DNA of 64,000 nucleotides from Octopus vulgaris. Taxonomy: Eukaryota. How positions within the stretch are numbered: the stretch's first letter is position 1; every line of letters starts with the position of its first letter. The notes beneath the pieces were generated by a model, which saw only the letters and a program-made list of their open reading frames with translations, ran no database searches and was not told the DNA's origin. The stretch covers positions 20,088,001-20,152,000 of the forward strand of contig OX597839.1 in NCBI GenBank assembly GCA_951406725.2, written 5' to 3'. Shown here in pieces: positions 55,262 to 64,000 of this stretch. Made by a program: the position numbers and the translations under genes.

Positions 55262-56214
55262 TGTAGTAGTAGTAGTAGCAGCAGCAGCAGGAGTATTATT
55301 ATTATTAGTAGTAGTAGTAGTTGTAGAAGCAGCAGCAGCAGCAGAGGTAGCTTTCGATTGAAACGCCACCTACATGTCATATATCATGTTTTAATGCTTT
55401 TGTCTGTACGAATCTGTACGATTTCAAAACTGCAAGACTGATGTCAGCAGAGCGTGGCAGTTTATGTAGCGGAATGCTTTCTCTGTCTCTCTTTCGAACT
55501 TCTCACTCCCCCCTCTCTCTCTCTCTCTCTCTCTCTCAAAGGCTCTACGTCTTCTTTTCTAAATATCTCTCTCTAAATCTCTCTAAATTTCTCTTTCTAA
55601 ATTCTAAGTTTTTATACGAAAATCTCTCTCCCTAAGTCTTTCTCTCTCTGTTTTACTCCCTCTTTCTAAACATTCCTCTTTATCTTTCTCTCTCTCTCTC
55701 TCTCAAGTTGTATCCAAATCTCTATGTCTCTCTAAATCTCTTTAAATCTCTCCCTCATTCTTTCTAAATGCCTCCAAATCTTTCTCTTTTTCGCAAAATC
55801 TTTCGAAAGAATCTGCCTCTCTCTCGCTATAAATCTCTATCTCTCTGTGAATTTTCTCGCTCTCTCTCTCACTCTCTCTCTCTCTCTCTGTAAATCTTTC
55901 TAAATATCTTTCTCACCCTTGCTCTCTCTAAAATTACACTGTCACTTTTCTAAATCTTTCTCTTTCTACCTACAACCATCTTTCACCCGAATCTCTTAGA
56001 TCTTTCTCGCAGTCTCTCCATCAAAACCTCTCTCTTTCTCTCTCCCTCAATCTCTCTTTTCCTAAATCTCATTCCCTCTCTTTCTCTCTCTCTGTCTCTC
56101 GATCTCTCTTTAAAACTCTTTCTGTCTCTAAATCTCTCTTAGTCTCTCTAAATCTTTCTCAATATATATTTCCATCTATCTATCTATCTATCTATCTCTC
56201 AATCTCCCTACCTC

Positions 56215-56364
56215 TTTAAATCTCTCTTTCTTTCAAAATCGCTTACTTCCTAAATTTCATACATAAACACTCTTTCTCTCGCTCTCTCTCTAACTCTCTC
56301 TCCTTCTATTTCTCTATCTCTCTATCTCTCAATCTACCTATCTTTCTATCTATCTATCTATTTA

Positions 56365-56395
<31 letters not shown>

Positions 56396-56850
56396 TTCTT
56401 TAAATCTCTCTTTCTCTCTAAATCCTTTACTTCCTAAATTTCATTCACAAACACTCTCTAACTCTCTCTCCCTCTCTTTCTCTATATCTCTCTCTCTCTA
56501 TCTATCTATTTATCTATCTATTTATCTCTCTTTCAATCTCTCTTCTTCTTTAAATCTCTTACTTCCTAAATTTCATACACAAACACTCTCTAACTCTCTC
56601 TCCCTCTCTTTCTCTATCTCTCTATCTATCTATCTATCTATTTATCTATCTATTTATCTCTCTCTCAATCTCTCTTCTTCTTTAAATCTCTTACTTCCTA
56701 AATTTCATACACAAACACTCTCTAACTCTCTCTCCCTCTCTTTCTCTATCTCTCTCTATATATCTATCTATTTATCTCTCTCTATTTCTTTAAATCTCTC
56801 TTTCTGTCTAAATCCCTTACTTCCTAAATTTCATACACAAACACTCTCTC
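56215..56850. repeat. CT-rich tandem repeat, five CTTACTTCCTAAATTTCATACACAAACACTCT-anchored units
   Basis: The anchor recurs at about 56242, 56425, 56557, 56690 and 56816. Confidence 0.85.
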
Positions 56851-57539
56851 TCACTACATCTCTGTCACTCTCTCTAAACCTTTCTCACTCACTCACTCTC
56901 TCTCTCTCTCTAACTCTAAATCACCATAAATTTCTAAATCACATATATATTTCTCTCTCTACATCTCTCTATATTATTCCCTGCTCCTCTCTCACCTTCT
57001 CTCCCTCCGTCACTCACGCACTCTCACCTTAAATCTCTCCTAAAATCTTTCTCCGTCTCTCTCCCAAAATCTCATACTTCACACAAATATCTTTATAATT
57101 CTGCCACACCATATCGTTATCTGTCAAGTTTAAACTTCGTTATAACTTTCATATTAAATAGCTTACCATATCCATCCATAAAAACGACCAGCAGCTATCT
57201 TCCGGAGTTCTGCCTTTATGCAAGTTTTAATCTGCATTTAGCATAACTAATAAATAACCTTTTCCCTCTGGTTAAGTTAAATTTGAAAATCTTGGTCCAT
57301 TTATTTCTTGCAAAGTTCTCGCAAGCGAGCAATTACTTGCCACGTTCCTCATAAATTTGTGACGTCATGTGCATATACATATATATATGTGTATATGTAT
57401 ATGTGTGTGAAAGTATCTGTATATGTATGTGTGTGTGTGCGTAATTATCTCCAAACAGCTAAATGTGAATTAAATATTCCACATCTATCTATCGATCTAT
57501 CTATCTATGTGACACTCTGTCCGTCTGTCTGTCTGACTG

Positions 57540-57622
<83 letters not shown>

Positions 57623-57670
57623 CTCTCTATATATGTGTGTGTGTGTGTATAACAATTTATGTATCTATCA

Positions 57671-57732
<62 letters not shown>

Positions 57733-57733
<1 letters not shown>

Positions 57734-57886
57734 CCGGAGTAAGCACATAAATGTGAAACAAGGTGGAAAAAAGAGTACTCAAATACCAGAGGTAGAGTAA
57801 TATGCTTTATTTAAAAGCAGCAGAAATATAACAAAAGCTGTTACTCAGAGTTTCACGTTCCCGTTCGTCGGACAGTTTTAAATAAA

Positions 57887-57890
<4 letters not shown>
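57733..57890 (-). mobile_element. short hammerhead-containing element in (TA)n (further family)
   Basis: Hammerhead at 57838-57875 with a downstream AATAAA. A partial copy lies at 23918. Confidence 0.65.
57838..57875 (-). ncRNA. type I hammerhead motif, U4C variant
   Basis: CTGT-CCGACGA-ACG(GGAA)CGT-GAA-ACTC(T)GAGT-A-ACAG. Confidence 0.6.
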
Positions 57891-57923
<33 letters not shown>

Positions 57924-58011
57924 CGTCTGTCTCTTTAACTACCTACCAATCTAAATAACTACCTACTCATTTTTCTCTCTCCCTCTTCATTGCCCTTGTG
58001 GCAAATAAGTG

Positions 58012-58048
<37 letters not shown>

Positions 58049-58061
58049 TATTATTATTATT

Positions 58062-58615
58062 GAGTGAGAGAGCAGTGCATGCCATCAAAGTGACACTGGG
58101 GTAAAATATACGAAGCCCAGTATACCCATCATGACTACCCGTCTGATAAGGGTACACCAGGCACATGCATCACAACCATATGTGCACAACATAGTGATCT
58201 CATATCAAGATAAACAGTGCATGACCTTGCAGGTGGGGTCCAGTTAGAATTTTCTTCTGGTCGAGTAATCCATCCCGCTCAAAAGGTCCCTGAATAAGGG
58301 TTGTTTAAGGATGTTGAACCAACACCCATGTTTCCAGAGGTGAATTATCCAAACCCCAAATAACTCCTTTCAACACATGGCTATGATGCTCCCCCAAACT
58401 TCTGCTCGTGGTCAGAGATGCACATATCGTCAGCCACCAAGGGACATGCTCAACTGGTTATGGTCAAACAACTGACAAGCAAATCTGTGGTATTGAGCAG
58501 AATATTTGCTGTAGCCCATCTTTTATACCAAGACAAAACAATGTACATGATAACACTTCCAATCAGTTAAGATCAAAATTCGTGAGAGCCACTGCTTGGT
58601 ACTGCATCAGGGCAT
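58062..58615 (-). mobile_element. LINE 3' UTR with (TAA)n tail (R4/Dong-like)
   Basis: Flanked on both sides by (TTA)n; a second copy lies at 22808. Confidence 0.7.
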
Positions 58616-58620
58616 ATCAC

Positions 58621-58674
<54 letters not shown>

Positions 58675-59185
58675 AGGCAGCCATCAAAATTGCTGTCCTT
58701 GTATCAAAATATAGAAAGACTAAAGGGGTGATAGAGCATCGGTAGAATAATTTGCATAACCGACAAAACAGATTTCAGTATTTAGCTTCAGAAATTTTAG
58801 GTTCCGAGTTCAAACCTCACTAAGGTCAGCTTTACTTTTTATTCTTCCGCGGGTTATAAAATAAAGTAGCAGTCAAAGTATTGGGGCAAATATAATCAAC
58901 TAAGCCCTAAAATTTACATTTCTGACCTTCTGGTTAATTTATAGGCGATCATATATTGTAAATCGTCCTGTCGTACTGGAGACACTACTGCTGCTGCTGA
59001 TGATGATGATGGTGGTGGTGGTGGTGGTAATGATGATGATGAGAACGCGGTGGAGGAGGATGTACCCTCTAATATCCTACTGGCAAAAAATGTTCCGCCA
59101 TGTTCTTCAATATCTTAGGTTACATATGAACTTTGGCATATAGACTTTTACATAATTACATTAAACTTTACGTCATGTCATATGC

Positions 59186-59236
<51 letters not shown>

Positions 59237-59560
59237 CACGCATGCACACGCACACACACACACAGATATATATATGTATATATATATATGTATTTATGTA
59301 TGTATAACACGGGCAAATAAATTCACAGAACCACGGACATAATTAGAAGCAGGTCTATAGATAGACTGAGGAAAATCTTTATATATGTATGTATGGCGGT
59401 CTGCGTGTGTGTGTATGTATATACATATAAGCAAATACGTATATAGTTATATTTGCGCTCGTATAACTTAATAAATATATGTCTGCGCGCGCGCATGTGC
59501 ATATGTGTTTTGTGTGTAGGTGGGTGAGTGAGTGTATGTTTCTGTGTGCGTGCGTAAAAT

Positions 59561-59639
<79 letters not shown>

Positions 59640-59741
59640 TATAAGGATGTGTGTATGTATGTATGTGGATGTGTGGTTGGGTGTGTGCCTGTGTGTTTTT
59701 CTGTGTGCGCGTAAAATACATTTATTTATTCATATATGCGC

Positions 59742-59789
<48 letters not shown>

Positions 59790-59791
59790 GC

Positions 59792-59840
<49 letters not shown>

Positions 59841-59912
59841 TATACGTATATAGGGATATGCTTGTCTGTATATGTATGTATGAGCATATATGTGTGTATA
59901 AGCATGTATGTG

Positions 59913-59947
<35 letters not shown>

Positions 59948-60289
59948 AGGTATGTATGTGTGCGTATGTGGGTGCGTGTGTGTGTATAATTGTAAGATAC
60001 ATGTAAACGTATAAAGACAGACGATATCTGTTTTTCCAAGATAAGGGGGTGTACCAAGGAAACATAGAAAGCGAGCAGCTCAGATAAGATGAAACTAAAT
60101 TTATCTGTTGGCCCCTTTTCTTCTCTCTCCTCCTATCTTGTCTGTTTTATTGGGGATCTGCCTTATAAAATTCCTTTGGGTTTCTAGCAACAGAGACCTG
60201 AAAACATATAAACAGACATAGACGTTGGGATTACAATCACACACATGCAAACATGCACGGACTTGCGGACACACACACGTGTATGTATG

Positions 60290-60406
<117 letters not shown>

Positions 60407-60495
60407 TTATATATATATTTATATATATATACATATATATATATATGTATATTTATATATATATTTATATATATATACATATATATATATATGTA

Positions 60496-60550
<55 letters not shown>

Positions 60551-60553
60551 GTA

Positions 60554-60618
<65 letters not shown>

Positions 60619-60621
60619 GTA

Positions 60622-60782
<161 letters not shown>

Positions 60783-60958
60783 TATATATATATATATTTA
60801 TATATATATATATTTATATATATATTTATATATATATATATATATATATGCTTGAAAATGGATGCGTAGCGTTCAATCACATGATAATGTATAGCATTTT
60901 TCCGATGGCCGGATAACTGAAGAGATGGCGGCGTGGATGTCCACCCCGACATCCGAAA

Positions 60959-61600
60959 TAATCGACTTAATACCTATGTCTGTCCTTGTTTGTCCTCTCT
61001 GTGTTTAGCCTCTTGTGGGTAGTAAAGAAATAGGTATTTCGTCTGCCGCTACGTTCTGAGTTCAAATTCTGCCGAGTTCGACTTTGCCTTTCATCCTTTC
61101 AGGGTCGATAAATTAAGTACCAGTTACGCACTGGGGTCGATGTAATCGACTTAATCCGTTTGTCTGTCCTTGTTTGTCCTCTCTGTGGGTAGTAAAGAAA
61201 TAGGTATTTCGTTTGCCGTTACGTTCTGAGTTCAAATTCCGCCGAGGTCGGCTTTGCCTTTCATCCTTTCGGGGTCGATAAATTAAGTACCAATTGCTTG
61301 CATACTAGGGTCGATCTAATCGATTGGTCCCATCCCCCAAAATTTCGGGGTTTGTGCTTAGAGTAGAAAATAATATTAAAACACTTCAAAGTTGTAAATT
61401 GGCAGACTCGTTAGCACGCTGGACAAAGTGCTTCGAAGCATTTCGTCCGTCTTTACACTCAAGTTCAAATTCCGCTGATGCTGACTTTAACTTTTATCTC
61501 TTCAGGGTCGGTAAAAAGAAGTACCCGATGAAAATCAGGGTTGATATAATCAACTTAAACCCTCCTGCTAATTTGCTGACCTTGTGACAAATTTCGGAAA
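60959..61600 (+). mobile_element. SINE family C headless tandem units plus degenerate copy
   Basis: Junction AAGAAATAGGTATTTCGT at about 61030 and 61200. Confidence 0.88.
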
Positions 61601-61635
61601 CAATATTAATACACTTAACCGGTTTCATATCTATA

Positions 61636-62010
61636 TTCTTTTACTTGTTTCAGTCTTTCAGGGGCTTTAGTCGAACAAATCGACCCTAGGACTTATTTCT
61701 TAAGCCTTGTACCAATTCCATCGGTCTATCTTCTGTCGAACCACTAAGTTACAAGGACGAAAACACACTGACACCGGTTTGCCTGTTCCTCAATGATGGG
61801 GAGACAGACAAAAAGACACACACACACATATACACACACATACACATATACGCACACACACACGATGGGTTTCTTTCAGTTTCAGTGTACCAAATAATTT
61901 CACAAGGCTTTGGTCGGCCCAAGGCTGTGATAGAAGACTTTTTCCCAAGATACCACGCGGTGGGACTGTGCCTGGAAACATGTGGTTGAGAAACAAGATT
62001 CTTACAACAC
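61636..62010 (-). mobile_element. SINE family A, diverged
   Basis: Head, core and tail motifs are present. Confidence 0.8.
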
Positions 62011-62587
62011 CGGCCAAAAATGTAAGATTCGAGGGATGTGGTGCGGTGTTGAAAAATGTATCCTTTCTGTCCGTCGTTCTAGAAAACGTTCATTTTTTAT
62101 ATTGAAAATGTCACTCAGATTGCTATCACGTAAGGGTTGGATTGATTTGTTGAGGATGTACCCACATTGGAGTAAGATAATGTTTTTGGTTCGTTCTCTG
62201 TTATGTTGCTGTATTTCGGTTATGTCATAGTCGCATGGGGAGGTTTCGTCAAAAGTTCAGTCAGGTAGTTTGTCATCTGGCAGCCACAACAATAGCTCAT
62301 GTGTGGTGAACGAATTTGGGGGTTCTTCGAGGACAGTTTAGAATTTAAAATGGCAAGTCAGATATTCTATACATAATTATATTTTCCTCGTTTTCATAAA
62401 ACTTGAATTAGCTTGTACGTTTGTGTGTGTGTGTGTGTGCGTCTGTGGGCAGAGAAAGAGAGAGAAAGAGAAAGACATGATGAGACTAACAAGTGAACAA
62501 AAGCAGACAGACAGAGACAAGGATAGAGAGAGAGAGATTGACAGACAGACAATATATATATATACACACACACATACACATAGTGTG

Positions 62588-62655
<68 letters not shown>

Positions 62656-62936
62656 CATGCATATGCATAAATATGTTTATAAACGTGTGCGTATTTATGT
62701 GTGTGTGTGTGTGTGTAATGTACCTTTGTGAATTTGTCCGTGTGTGTACACTAAGTGTATATTTCTGTTTCACTATGAGAGACTTAACTCAATATATAAA
62801 GCAAAGTTCAAATATTCGTTCTTTTCAAAGTAAATCTTCATTACACGGCTAGACCAATTTTTCCTTATCACGTACAGTATATAAATCTTCTTCGAAGGAC
62901 AACTTCTTCATATGTACACACAAATGTGCATGTGTG

Positions 62937-62995
<59 letters not shown>

Positions 62996-63472
62996 GTATA
63001 TACATATGCATATTTACGTATACATTTCGAAATACACATATATATATATGTGTGTCTGTAATGATGCGTGTGTGTATATGTGTGTGTATACGTTTGTGAC
63101 TGGCTTCTGTACTGTAAACTATATTGAGCAGACACCTAAAAATGAAAACGCTTATATATATACATGTTTGGTCGTATTTATAAGCATATATATATATATA
63201 TGTATATTCATATACACATATATGTATATACATATGTATAAGTATGAATACATATATATGTATAAGTATTTAAACATATATATGCACACACACATATATA
63301 TATATGCATATTCATATACACATATATGTATATATACTTATATATGCACATATATATATACACACACACACAAATGGTTACATATATATATATAACTGAC
63401 ACATATCCATATACACACATATTTATCAATATTCATATATATATATATATATATACATATATGTGTATGTAT

Positions 63473-63539
<67 letters not shown>

Positions 63540-64000
63540 TCTATGTATGTACGTATGTATTTATAGATTCCCCAACGGCGTCAACAACAGACACCGTCAA
63601 CTGTAATGCATTATTCATACAGCACTGTACATTATTATCTGGATACGTATACAGCAAACAAGTCGGTGGAAGGCAAAATAAATATATCCAGCAACAAATA
63701 TACACAACACACAAGCTGTAATACAATTATTCCCTTCACATTTACAAACATAGCGTGGTCATAGGCCACCATTTGTATTTTCAGTGAATACAGACGTTTA
63801 ATGTAATAGGTACGCGCATGCGTAAGTATATCGGTCAAAGGTTAAAGCAGAGGTGCTTTAAATGTCGTCTGCTGGCCGGAGTAATTCGACAAAGTTTGTT
63901 GAGAATCTTTATACTTTTTTATGTACTATGGGTTGTGCGTATATATTTTTTGTCGTTGTTGTTCATGTACAGGAACACACGTATATGTGTATATATATAT

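Noticed and set aside
58405-58436. minus-strand CTGACGA in the LINE 3' UTR
   Set aside because: No GAAA after the hairpin, and the motif is not conserved in the 22808 copy.

Overview
Eukaryotic, gene-free, extremely microsatellite-rich DNA. The SINE and LINE repertoire suggests a coleoid cephalopod, probably Octopus; this is an inference, not something the sequence proves. Nearly all ORFs in the supplied track are translations of (TA)n, (TATG)n, (TATC)n, (CAT)n and (CCA)n repeats. The only substantial coding region is a 5'-truncated Neptune-type Penelope-like retroelement (RT plus GIY-YIG endonuclease; 32.4-34.95 kb, minus strand). The rest is at least five tRNA-derived SINE types, RTE and probable R4/Dong LINE fragments, hAT and mariner MITEs, a Tc1 remnant and minisatellites. 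Most notable signals: (1) at least eight type I hammerhead-ribozyme motifs in several element families, including a recurrent non-canonical CUGUUGA core at the Penelope 3' end and a ~282-nt circularly permuted retrozyme-like unit at 605-920; (2) a SINE family that repeatedly inserts into copies of itself, three times at the same internal site with TSDs, and forms headless 183-bp head-to-tail arrays with a constant junction; (3) a long inverted duplication wrapped around a partial-tandem non-coding element. Ribozyme activity and family names are predictions from motif reading and memory, not from searches.
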